NCBI RefSeq assembly: GCF_018977255.1
Contig: NW_024704743.1
Location: 108,688,001-108,752,000, forward strand
Reading direction: 5' to 3'
Length of the DNA stretch: 64,000 nucleotides
Source of the DNA: Callorhinchus milii
Taxonomy: Eukaryota
Below, piece by piece: positions 12,501 to 25,500 of the stretch. A model generated the notes under the pieces. It saw only the letters and a program-made list of their open reading frames with translations. It did not search any database and was not told the DNA's origin. Position 1 is the stretch's first letter, and every line of letters begins with the position of its first letter. The position numbers were made by a program, and so were the translations under genes.

Positions 12501-15500
12501 GATTCAGGACTGCAATTTTATGATTTCAACAGACAAAAAAAAGAGAGAATTGGTTCACAGATTTTCATATTCAGTTAAGAAACCTTTGCAACTGAAGGCG
12601 ACACCCTATTCAAGAGGCTCCAGAAGCCCAACGTCCTTGCTATCCCAATGGCCTTCACCTTTTGTTCCCTGCTCGACAGATTTTATGGCTAATTTCCGGC
12701 AATTTATCCTGGCAGTTTGAGGAAGAATTCCTATGGGAATAATGTGCATAATTTGCATAAATCATTCTGATAGAATGCATATCAGCATGTAGCTCCTGTC
12801 TAGGGTTGCAGCGTTCACATTGTAATCAAAACTGACTTCTTTCCAGCATATCTGGACGCTGCATTTAGCAACTTGATTCTTTCTGATCATCAAAGTTGAA
12901 GCCAGAAAATAGGGATTTCTCCCACCAGATGATATGGAATTATGGTGCTCATCTGCATTAAGGGGAGTTGGGTGCTGGGATGGCAATAAGCGAGGCCCAC
13001 TCGCTAACCGAGTGGCACCATCATATTGCTAAAACAAAAAAGCTGAAAAAATTGAAAGTGCTAATCCGAAGTAAACAGCAACTGTTCTTTCAGTAAACAT
13101 TAAATCTGCTGCAGTGTGCATAGAAAATAAAGTGGCATAGGATGCATTCTCGCAGGAGGTTTTTCCTTAAGCGTGCATTTGTCTAAAGAAATGAGGCTAT
13201 GGTCAGCTTTGTGTGGTCAGCGCTGTGATTCAATGTGACGTACAGTGAGTCTGTGCATATTCTTTTGGACTGCCTTCGTTACTATAATCAGGGAGAGTCA
13301 AATCGGTTTGTTGGTGACGAAGCCAGAAAGAACTGCGGTTCCAGAATCCAGCCTGGATTGCGGATTGCCACAAGGCACCTGACACGATAGATTCTAACTG
13401 GCAGTGAAACTTTGCAGCGTACGAAAAAATGTCTACACCCTATCCTCATGCTGTGTGCAGCCACGAGAAAGACACTGCGTATAAACCATTTTATATATGT
13501 GGTTTTGAAATGATAGATGACATGTGAAACATTACTGTTTGCCCAAGAAATCAGACGAAACAAATAAAGATCTCGGGACTGCAGGACACCACTGTGAAAT
13601 GGTAGTGTTGTAGTTATACTAGGAGCAACATGGTCACATGCCATTGGTTGACATTCTCCCTGGCAGCATGGCAGTCAGTGCCTGATGCAGTATCACAAAT
13701 GACAATTGGGCAAGCATATCTGAGGCAGGAGTTAATCACGATAATGGAGCACAAAGTGTGCCTTGGTGGTCAGATCTTAAATGACAAATCTGTTTTACCT
13801 TACAGTACCAGCTACATGTGGGAGGTGAGAGGCTGGCTTCGGCTTTGAGCAATCATGATGATAATTATGAAATGACAAAAGTAATGAGTCAGATTACGAT
13901 CAGCTTGGGAGATGCTGGGGCCTATGGGGTTTTAACTGACAAAAATAACACATACACACACTTCTATACAATACTGAAAGCCTGTTACAGAGTCGCAAAA
14001 AAATGTAAAATAATCTCATCAACCTAAACAATTTGCTTACAATTTCTTGCACGCACTTAACATACGTCAAACACAGTCATCCAATGCCACAGACAGATCA
14101 GCTGGGTGGCTTGGGAGGTCTTCCATTCTGGACTAAGAGGTACGGTAAATTATCCAGTGTAGTAGAGCAACATCTGTTTGTGCGCTAGTACAGAACAAAC
14201 AAGGCAATTTAAAGCCTATCATGGAAACACAAACCTTAGTTTCCTCTTTCTCACACATGTTGAGGGTTAACTGAGGCTTCATTTTGTGGTTGGAAGAGGT
14301 GTTTCCATTCCCCCTAATATGACACTCTATTTCCAAAGACAGTAAAAGGCTGCCTATTGTTCCCCATATATTAGGTTTCCCAAGCAACCACATGCCTCCA
14401 AATTTACCAATGTACACTACTGATGCAAGCAATTCATAACAATGACTTGATGCATTCGCTTAATTCTATATTTTTTTCCTTTATTTTATAAAACCACTCT
14501 TCAGTGCAAGTCTGCTTCGATAAGCACTTTGATATGTTCTCCTAACGCGAAAGGCGCTGTATAAATGTAAATTGTACATGTAACTTGCTCTGTTCACCAT
14601 ACAGCTAAAGTAGGAGTCAACTGTAATTAAACATTTGTTTTCCTTCTATGACAGTAGAATTTGCGGTAAACAAGTCTTTAAAGATTTGTCATCTAATGAT
14701 CATGTAATACATTCCTTTCCTGAAATGCTGAGAAGTGGAACAAGGCTGCTGAGGTGAAGCTGTCTGATGCGACTGTCGTCCCAACAGCCTTTTGATTGGC
14801 AGGCAAACAGAGTTAAAACGAAGTTCCCTGCTGAAAAACAATGTGGGGAGGGAGGGTGGGGGGGATGGAGTGGTGGGAGGAGGAGGAAGAAACTCAATCT
14901 GGGTCTACATTTGATCTCTTGACTTAGTATTTCAGAGCATCCAAAATTTGGCACATTGATTAATTCAGTCTCAGCTGAGAAGCCAATTTTGTATGGTATC
15001 TTAATACAAATTTACAGAAAGATGGCTTCAAAATTACACAGTATTTAGAATTTATCAAATTCTGCACAGTCTGAGATGCTGGCATTAGAACAAATCCAAG
15101 AGCAGTGGAATTTCTAATGCACAATGATGAGATATCAAGCTGTCAATCAAATATCACAATCAAAACCTCAAGGTCAGTTTTGACTGTTTGTATATTTTAC
15201 CTAATCCCAAAAGTTCTAGAAAGGACAGCTGGAATGGCCAATGTAACTCAAGAATAAATGATCAATAGCCAATTTAGAAATCAATGTTTTCTCTTTGTGA
15301 CTACTTTCAATCTACCAATCAACAGAAGCGCAATGAAAAATAAGTGACAATAACTAGGGGACAGGGAAGACAAAGATATTATCTAAGATAATAATAATTA
15401 TTATTATAATAAATTATTCCTGAGAGAAAAAATTCAAAAGCAATCTGTTGCGCAATAAACCACAATCGACAGACGTCCATCAGTATCCTCGGTGTAAAAA

Positions 15501-17974
15501 CTGCGCAGAGATTTTGATTTTGCTACTCATTCAGACAATGCTGGTGGACTGGCTCCCTGAAAGGGCTCAGGATTGTCAGGTAAAATGGGGGCGTTTAAAA
15601 ACTTTGTCAGGGCTTAAATATATCTAGGCTGCATGAGGTGGCAAATATCGGGAACTAATCACGAGAACGCTTGGGAATCATTCACTTGGACACTTGGGAA
15701 ATTTCCCAAATTCCCATGTAGCCAGTCTGCCCCTGGCTGGTACTAACTGTGGCTAAGACATTTAAAGGAGCCGAATATTACATTATACTGGGTTTGATAA
15801 CTTTGCATTAAAGGATTAACATTCCACAACAATACTGATACATTATCAAGTAACTAATCCTGAACACTGAAAAGAATTGACCTTTTATTTAAAAAAAGGT
15901 GTCAGTGAAACAGGGGAGTGAGGGAAATCTATTGCAGGAGTATTTCAATGGAAGGTCTGCCTTTACACTGATGCATTTCATGCTTAGAAAATGCCACAAA
16001 TAGCAGCAAAGTATGAAGTAGCCAGCTACCAAAGTGATGATAGAACATCTAAGGAAATGTGCCTTTTATGCAGGTCTTCCATTTCAGCCTTATGTTTAAG
16101 AAATACCCAAATACCTTAGACTAGTGATATTGTACTTGCTTTGAAATGCAAACAAACCATGGTAATGTGGGTATTTTTGTATTGGTTCTCGATTCATAAG
16201 TAATCATAAGTGAATATCTTATATCAGAGGCAGTGGAAGGGTGTAAAGGGTTCAATGGCTGACTGCAATAATCATACCCCGACCCCAACATTATCTTCCC
16301 CCTGACTTACCTTGCTCCCAACTCTATCCAAGGTAGTAGAAGTAATAATAATACTTACATTTGATTTGGCATATTTTATATTGGGAGGACGTCTCAAAAC
16401 GCTTCACAGGATACACTGTAAAGTGCAGCGATTGTGTACAACAACAACAAAATTACGTGTGTATAGCACCTTTCGCATTGGGAGGAGGTCCAAAGGCACT
16501 GTGCAGTCAGTGTTTCGGACCCATGTATTTTGTAGGCAAACAAAGGAGCTAGTTGTGCATAGCAATGTCTCACGACCATCCAAAAAGTGAATGATCAATT
16601 TTATTTGGGGCTGATTGGCCAGATTCCAGTTTCCTCTCTTAAGTGGCCATTTCTTCATGAGCAAGTCTGGTCGGTGAGTGTCATTAGGCAAAATTGATCA
16701 AGAGCCTCAGCTCAGGCCCAGCCAAGCCTCATCATGTCCTCATCCTTTGTTCACATGTGCAGGTCTCATTTGACACATCAGGAGGAGAATCAACATGCAA
16801 GGTTTCCTCTTCTCTGTGCAGCATCTTGCTGGCCCCGTACCTCAATAGCTGAGATCATCTAATTAAGCTGAGACTGGAATACAAACCTGGGACATTTCCG
16901 ATTTTTACAGCTCTGTTTGGCACTGGGCAGCAGCTGTATCTATTTAGCCATTCTCAGTACTTTATCTTCGCTTTAAGTGCCAAACTCCTCTGCAAAAGTT
17001 TAATCTCCTCGGATTAATTATTCTAAAGCACCAGCATTTGAGGAACACCAAAGTATTTGTAAATAGTGGGTCGCTTGTCAATCACAGTGATTTCAAACGA
17101 TGCACTGATGTCACTGTGGAGAATGTTAATACAGCAGCTCCCTAAATGGTGGCTGACAGATTGGCACTGTGATTGACAGGAGATACCCAGTACTTACAAA
17201 TGTTTTTTGGCGTCTGTCAAAAAATCCGACCGCTGTTACTTTGGTTAAAAATTTCTAAATGATGGGGTTTTAAAAGGCACAGTTGTTTTCATGGAGAAAC
17301 ATTCTTGTGGGTGTGTAAATCGGGCATTAAAAATGTTTTAGGACGCTGCTGCTTTTTCAGAAGGGAATCAGTGCTCATTACAGTAGCTGATCCAGAACAG
17401 TGTCTCCAGGGGCCATACAGAGAGGTTTCTTTGCATTAAACAACATTTTACAGAGGCCGTTTCACATAGTCTCCGAGTTACTGACAGAGCCTTTGCCAAC
17501 ATGTTAATATCAGAGGCGGAGGTACATCAGAGAGTGTTATATTGATAGGTTACTGCACTTACTGAACTCTGCTATGCCATCATTTTTAGTAGCCAGCCTC
17601 TCATCTCCTATCATGGGCCGTTGAGCTTCCCAATCCTGAAATGTTGGGACGTGTGGGAATATATTGAGTTCAGAAGAAAGTCAAGAGGGAATTTCAGTTG
17701 AGATGTGACTGCTGATTGTAAACGGGACTGTGCATTTTCTCAGAGGATTTTCTTCCTCCTTTTTTTTGCTGACTCTCAAGATTAAAGCAATCGTATGTCT
17801 TCATTTCTGATTCTAAATGGTGTCAAATCCAATATACACATATTTTAATACAATGTGCACCTTTTAGTTGAGGCCGAATCACGGCACATGGACTCAAAAC
17901 TTTCATTCAAGGAATCACAATCACCTATCTCTTAAAGGTGAGCAATTTTCCAAAAGTTAGCAGAGACATTCTTT

Positions 17975-18430
17975 AAATAATAAAAATGGTCTTTGCATTC
18001 AATATATAGCGCCGTTCACGTCAGGAGGACGTTTCAAAGTGCTTCACAGGAATTACTGTAAAGTTTATAGATTGTATATTTTTGTAGGTGAATACAGCAG
18101 CCAATTTGCACACAGCAATGTCCTACAATCAACCATGAACAATTGAAGGATCAATTTGTCGAGGAGGTGGGGGGGGGGGACAATTTTGTCCTGGTTGGCC
18201 AGCATACTGGGAGGAACTCCATCCTCTTTCTGAATAGTGCCATGGAATCTTTCACATCTACCTGACCAGGCAAGCAGGACCTTGGTTTAACATCTCATCC
18301 GAAGTACGGGACTTCCAATAAAGCTACTCACCGCCAGCATTTGTATTGGAGTGTCAACCTAGACTATGAGTTCAAAGTCCTGACTTGGGACTTGAACCCA
18401 TAACCTTCTAACACAGAGATAAGACACCCA
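17975..18430 (-). mobile_element. Older Deu-like SINE
   Basis: Reverse-complement Deu-like core (gtgccatggaatctttcacatctacctga...ggtttaacatctcatccgaag) plus tail and head remnants. Confidence 0.7.
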
Positions 18431-18454
18431 AATCTGTTTCTGTTGAAACATTTG

Positions 18455-18782
18455 TAATAATAATAATAATAATAATAATCCTTGCATTTGATATAGCGCT
18501 TTTCACGTCAGGAGGACGTCCCAAAGCGCTTCACAGAACACACTGTAAAGTGAATTGACTGTATATTTGTGGGCGAACGCGGCAGCCAATTGCGCACAGC
18601 AATGTCCCACAAACAGTCATGCATTGAAAATGATCAATTTATTATTGTTTGGGGTTTTGGAGGGATTATTATTAGGCGTGTGGAGTAAGGAAACTTGCCC
18701 AAGGTTTCGCCCTGCCTGGAATTGAACTCAGGTCTCTCACTTGCAAAGCGAGTGCTCTAACCACTGAGCTACAGAACTCCAC
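18455..18782 (-). mobile_element. Young tRNA(Ala)-like SINE, full length
   Basis: Reverse-complement copy of the 7523-7838 family with (TAA)n on the plus strand. Confidence 0.92.
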
Positions 18783-19602
18783 GATGTAGTGAGACTATTC
18801 TTTAAGTCCATTTGTCTGTTTCACGAATGACATGAACTTATTTTCACTATAAATTTAGTTATGAGTTTTAAGCTTAAAATCACAATTTTATCAAACATCA
18901 TAGAGCAGTGGGTAGAGAGCGTATTTAGTTCCTAAATAATTTTACCCAATAAACACAGAAACTGGAATATACCACAGCAGTATTAACATCAACAAGAGCA
19001 GCCAGTTTATTGCGTGTCTGGCATACTGAGACCCTCTGTTTACAAATACTTTTTATGTTCATCAGGTGCTGGTTCTTTAATAGTTTCTTTAGAATAAGTA
19101 AGATATTTAATAACAAATTAAGCAATAATAATAAAGCATTAACGAATTTAAGAGGAAACTTGATGCCTACATTAGGGAAGAAGGGAATAGAGTGGCATGA
19201 GAGAGGGGTGAGGAAGACCGGTGGTCGGTGTGGAATATAGATACAAGTATATATTAGTTGAGCAGAATGGCCTGTTTCTGTGTTGTTCAATGTAATTAAT
19301 CCAAGGAGATTTAGATTGCTGATGTGCTCTTTCAGACTATCTATAAAGTAAGGAATATTTTTTTAAAAAGCACACAAAAGTTCTTATTCACGAGCTAGTT
19401 TTGGTTACTTCGCCCAGTTTTTGCTTCCCTTTGAAAAAATGTAGCCAAAAGTAACACAGAAACGTGAATCATCTATTATTGATGAAACTGCAGCAATTGA
19501 ACAGATGTGATCCGCACATCTACCTCCCAGAAAACGGAACGACTCGCTGAATGCTGACGACCATACATTCCCCTCCCCAACTGTCTAAGTAAAATAGATT
19601 AC

Positions 19603-19809
19603 CTAGGTTGATCAAGCTGTCTAAATCTTCTTTGCTGAGCCTGATGTTGAATACAGGTGCCAGCCCCTGATCCTTCGACTGCAGCACATGGTCAATTTCG
19701 TCACGCACGGCTGTAAAGGCTTCTGGGTGCTTCATCAGATAATACATAGCCCAGAATGTAGCCGGAACCGTGTTTCCGACAGCAGCCCAAAATAAGGCAA
19801 AATGATGGG
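19603..19809 (-). CDS. CYP7B1: CYP7B1 coding exon 4 (207 bp, I-helix)
   Basis: ttttcacag|CC CAT CAT TTT ... AAC CTA G|gtaatc. Translates AHHFALFWAAVGNTVPATFWAMYYLMKHPEAFTAVRDEIDHVL...; the AHH..LWA.VGNT.PATFWAMYYL pattern is characteristic of CYP7B1. Confidence 0.95.
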
Positions 19810-20743
19810 CTGTGAAAAATAAGTGAAAAGGAAGATTAATAGCATTTATTACACTGATTAGATTTGCAGAGCGCTAATTAAAAGATGTTAGGACACAGAC
19901 CCAGCCAAGGATCAGTGAATGCTAATGAGAACCAATAGGCTTCTGAAGTCTAATTTTCTGCTTAATGAGGACGATTTCAAAGTAATGTTACATGGGGAGG
20001 GGAATAAATGCAGCTCTGTTAAATCTGTCTCATTATCAGCAATAAGTGCCTTGTTTTACCACATCAGCAAAAAAACTTGAATTCGATTAACTGAAAGGGC
20101 TTCAGCAGGGGCAAAAATATTGCTTTATCTGTTACTGCCGAAGATTATGAAACCTTCAAGGTCACTCTTCACTCTGTCGCCTTCTCTTAATCTCGACAGA
20201 GGCTTCAGGTCTACCCATGATGAATTTTAACAAAAAAATACTGTTGACCAGAATAAGTAGCCAACTCTGCAAATTTCTTGTTTCTCCCAGTGTCCGGGCC
20301 GAAAATCACCCTAAATAAAAATTGATCACTTTTTGTGATCAATTGCTGTGCACAAATTAGCTGCTGCTTCGACTAACAAAATACATAGTCACACCACTTT
20401 ACAACATATTCTGTGAAATACTATGAGACATTTTGATTACGTGAGAAGGCGCTTTAACAAATGCAAGGATTAGTATTATTATACAAGGGGAAATTCAAAA
20501 CTGAAATAAGTTAAAAGTTGCAGAAAACTGCATTACTGATAAAAAAATCACATTGTTACATTTTTTAGATTTTTAAAAAAACCTTTCTGTTAGACACTGC
20601 CTAAAAACCATTTGGGATTGCTGAAGGGGTGAATGTTACAGCAATCAGGTTGCAATTAGTTTGCAAGATAATAATAATAAAAAATAATAATAATAAACCT
20701 TGCATTCGATTTAGAGAACAGCTCCTTTACATTATCCCAGCAA

Positions 20744-20957
20744 TTAGGGCAAAAATTCCACTTGGCTCTAGTTTTAATTTTGGCATATTGCTGAATTCAG
20801 GTTTAATTATGAAACACTTTTTCTGTAGCTTCTCAAAAAACACTTACAGAAAACCCACTTCGAGTTCAAGGCTGTTTTAAGAATTTGCCAAATACAGGAT
20901 GCTCCAAAATTCTAAGTCAATAGAATAAATCTAGATCCAGGTGGAATTTCTCCCCAA
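20744..20957. mobile_element. MITE-like element with ~27-bp imperfect terminal inverted repeats
   Basis: Left ttagggcaaaaattccacttggctctag versus reverse complement of right ttggggagaaattccacctggatctag; inner ttttctgta/tacagaaaa symmetry. Confidence 0.65.
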
Positions 20958-21631
20958 ATGTGCTTTAACCCCAACTGCAACCTCAACCTCCGGCTCCTGC
21001 TGGTTTCTATTCTCAGGAGGACACCCCCTACTGCATGAGTGGCATTTTGATTTCCCACACCAGCTCTACTTATTGTCTCTCTGAGCAAGATTGTCAATTA
21101 GTGCTGAATTATGGGATGTTTTGTGCTGTGCTGTGTAGTGCATGAGGGACTCATTTCAATCAGAAACAGTAATATCCATTAGAGAGGTGACGTTCATCCC
21201 ATTAGTCTGTAAGGGATTCAAAGCCAAGTCCCAAAGCTGAAAGGGTAGTTTTCAAACTCACTGCAACACCCAATATAACACAATGTGGACCTTTCAATCT
21301 TACCATGTGGGTAAGATAGCCCACTAGTGGATCCAAAAGGGAGCTTAGAGGAACGTCTTAAGTAGAGGATGGTGAGAATGTAGAACTCCTTTCCAGGTAC
21401 TGGAGAGGTGAATAGGAGGGGTGGGGGTCATGTAGAATACAAACACTGGCACGACTAGTTTGGTTGAATGGCCTGTTTTTATGCTATAACAGATTGTGTA
21501 TTTTTATGTAACAATATTTCAATGTAGGCTGAGTTGTCTGGCTGAATTAGTTGCATTTCTTTTGCATTTGCTCCTAACGTAGTGACGGTCTTGTTGTGAT
21601 CACTTCCACATGCACTGGCTTTCATTCTTAC

Positions 21632-22225
21632 CTGCTATATCGTGGTCCTGAAGGTATTTGTGCTGCTCCAGAAATTCCTTCCTTTTTTCGATAACAAACG
21701 CCATGTTCAATCTCCCATCAAGTTCCCTGGATATGAAATAATTAATCAGATCTTCACGGATCCTTTTGGTGTTCCAGAGAAGTTTGATTGGGATCTTTGC
21801 AACCAAATAGGGAAACATTTTGTCAAACTTCCTAAATTTCTGCATCAGCTCAGATATTTGTTTCTGCTCATCACAGGGAGACGTTCCATAAAGAGATGCA
21901 AAACTGACTTCAATCATTGTGCGATAACAGAAATCCAATAGTTTGTCTGTTTTCCATTCTGTTGACTTTAACTGTTCCAAATTCAATCTATGGTTCAAGT
22001 TCCTCATCACACTTTCAATCAGATTGTTCAGCTCTTTACCCTGAAGGTAGTTGTACAACTTGTGCAACTGCTCATTAGACACTGGTATTTTGGGGTCGTT
22101 CAAATGCGGATGGCCAAAGACTTTTGATGACAAGTCCATGGCAAATTCTTGGAAGTCCAACTGCTTGTTCTTCTGAATCACAAACTGGTACAGGAAAGGA
22201 TCTAGGATAAAGGTAACGTATTTGC
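21632..22225 (-). CDS. CYP7B1: CYP7B1 coding exon 3 (594 bp, phase 1 to 1)
   Basis: ttttctgtag|GC AAA TAC ... ATA GCA G|gtaaga. Translates GKYVTFILDPFLYQFVIQKNKQLDFQEF...KFRKFDKMFPYLVAKIPI...DHDIA, the C-terminal part of ORF 21600..22739. Confidence 0.95.
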
Positions 22226-22266
22226 CTACAGAAAAAACAAAACAAAAAGGAGAGACGGATATATAT

Positions 22267-22494
<228 letters not shown>

Positions 22495-22546
22495 ACTTTG
22501 GTAAATTTCAGGGTTATTCGGGAGCTGGGGAGGGGAGGAATATACC

Positions 22547-25500
22547 ACAACAACAACAACAAAATTACATTTGTATAGCACCTTTCACGTCGTGAGGATG
22601 TCCCAAGGCATTGGACAGTCAGAGCTTCAGGCCCGAGCTGGGGGTCGGGACTGGGGAGGGTGGAGGGCAGGGGTGGAAGCAAGGTGATCGATAGCACTGT
22701 CAAAGAGGAGGATCTTGAGATGGGTCTTGAAGGAGACAAGGGAGGAGTGAGGCGAAGGGACTGTGGGATGGAGTTCCAGAGGGTGGGGGCAGAGTGACAG
22801 AGGGTCCACCCGCCAATGGTTGGGTGGGCGAGGTGGAGGACGTGAAGCAGGTCGGAGCCCGCCGAGCGGAGGGAGCGAGCAGGATGGTAGGGGGTTAGGA
22901 GGTTTCAGAGGGAGGGGGAGCAAGACCATGGAGGGCTTTGAAGGTGAGGACCAGGATCTTGAACTGTTGGGCGAGGATGGGGGTAATAGGGTCACAGAGC
23001 CTAGTGCAGGAGAGGACACGGCCTGCAGAGTTCTGGATGATCTACAGCCTACGGAGGGAGGAGTTGGGGAGGCCGACAAGCAAGGTGTTTGCATAGTCAA
23101 GCTTTGACCTACAAGGCCATTCACGGCCTTGCTCCCTCCTACCTCTCTTACCTACTATCCCCCTACCTACCTGCCCGTACCCTCCATTTCTCTGGTTCCG
23201 GTCTGCTCCACATCCCCCGCCCCAACCGCCCTACCATCGGTGGCCGGGCCTTCAGCCTCTCAGCCCCTAGGCTCTGGAATTCCATGCCCCAGTGCCTTCG
23301 CCTTGCTTCCTCCCTTTCCCCCTTCAAGGCCGGTCTCAAGACCTTTCTCTTTGACCATGCCTTCATCTCCCCTCTCGACTCTCTACCCGCTCCTCGCTCC
23401 CTCCCTTCCCTCCCCTCACCCTGACCATTTCCCCCCTGCTCGGGTCCTGACCCAACTGTCCAGCGCCTTGGGACGTCCTTCTGACGTGAAAGGCGCTCTA
23501 TAAATGGAATCTTGTTGTTGTTGTTGTTGTTGTTGATATAATGAATGAGGATATGAGAGTTTTGGTGGTCTGCGGTGTGAGACAGTGGCGGAGCCGGGCG
23601 ATGTTGCAGAGGTGGGGAAAGGCAGAGCGGGTCATGGCACGGATGTGGGATAGAAAGGGCAGTTGAGGGTCAACAAGAAGCCAAGTTTCCGGACTGGCTT
23701 AGTAAGGTGGAGTGTACAACCATGGATGGTGATGCTGTTAGCGCCTGAGATGTGGAGTGCTGATGGGTGCCAATCAGGAGAACTTCAATCTTCTTGATGT
23801 TCAACTGAAGAAAGTTAGCTCTCATCCAGGACTTGATGTCTGACAGACATTCTGTCAGGACAACACTGGTGCTGGAGTCAAGGGTGGAGGCAGAGAGGTA
23901 CAGTTGGGTGTCATCTGGATATATGTGAAAGTTGACCCCATGTCTGCGGATGATGAAGAGAATCCGTTTGTGGAGATGAAGTGGAGGCGATGTAAGACGT
24001 ACGATCTGAACCAGTCAAGGTCAGGGCCGTGAAGGTTGAAGTTAGAGGAGAGGCAGTGGATAAGGATAGAATGGTCGACAGTGTCAAAGGCAGCAGAGAG
24101 ATCAAGGAGGCAGAGGGAACCCTGGTCGCAGATGGACAGCATGCCATTTGTCACTTTGACCAGGGCTGTTTCTGTGTTGTGGGCGGCACAAAAACCTGAT
24201 TGGAGGAGTTTGTGAAGGGAGTGGCGGGAGAGGAAGAAGCGAAGCCGGAAAGCAACAACTCGTTCCAGGACCTTGGAGAGGAAAGGGAGGTTAGAGATGG
24301 GGCAATAGCTTGAGATCACAGATGGGTCCAGGGAGGGTTTTTTGAGGATAAGAGTGATGACAGCCGTTTTTAATGGGGTGGCAACAGTATTAGTGGACAG
24401 GGAGAGGGTGATGATGTCTCTGAGTAGAGGGGCAAGGAGGTGGAGCTGGGAGGTAAGGAAAGGGGTAGGGATGGGATCGAGGCAGCAGGTGGTCGGTTTC
24501 AGGTGTGTTATAGTGGTGGTGAGAGAGGAGTGGGAGACAGGTTCGAAGGTGTGGAGGGAGAGATTGGTAGGGGCCAGGGTGGGAGGGGGAGATGGGGAGG
24601 GTGTAGAAGACACAAGGGCAGAGGTAGTTGAGTGGATCCCCTCATCTTTGGATTCAAGGAAGTCCAGCATCGCCTCACAGTTGGCATTGGAGGTGAGGAT
24701 GGGCGAGGCGTGAGAGGTGGGCAGAGGAGCTGGTTGGTGATGGAGAAGAGGAGCCTGGGGTTGTCCTTAGCCTCCAAGATTATCTTGGAGTAGAACGACG
24801 ATTTAGCGGAGGCAAGGGCGGAGCGGTAGGATTTGAAAAGGTCCGGCCAGATCTGCTGATGAACCGTTAAGTTTGATTTAAGCCAGGTGCGTTCAGTGTC
24901 ATGCACCTGTGCTTTCAGGGAATGGAGGTGGCTGGTGTACCATGCTGACTTATGTGAATAGAAGATGGTTTGGGATGACAGAGGAGCAAGGGATGGAGAA
25001 TGGAGGAGAGGGAGCTGTGGAGAAGAGTGACCGAGGAGGGAAGGTCATTGCAGGAGGAAGCCCAGAGAGGAAGGAGTTCAAATGACTTCAAAGCAGCTGC
25101 AAGGGGCGGGAGATTTGTTTCCAGGGGCGGTAGGAGATGGAGGTGGGTTGGGTGGTGGTGGGGAGAGGGTTTGAGGGAGATGAAGTGATAGTCCGAGATT
25201 GATTTGTCGATGATGGTGAGGTCCGAGTCGGTGAGGCCCCGAATGATCACCAGATCGAGGGGGTGACCACAGACATGGGTGGCGGAGTGGATGTGGAGGG
25301 AGAGGTTGAGAGAGGAAATAAGGGAGGAGAAGTCAGCAGAGGTACAGCAGGAGAGGGTGCAGTTGCCTAGCATGAGGAGGCATTCAGAGCAGAGGGAGAG
25401 GGAAGATAGGAGGTTGGAGATGTTGGGGATGAAGGTGGGGGAGGGCTGGGTGGGGGCGGTAGATAAGGAGAATTTTGAGAGAAAGGTTGGAGGGGTGATA

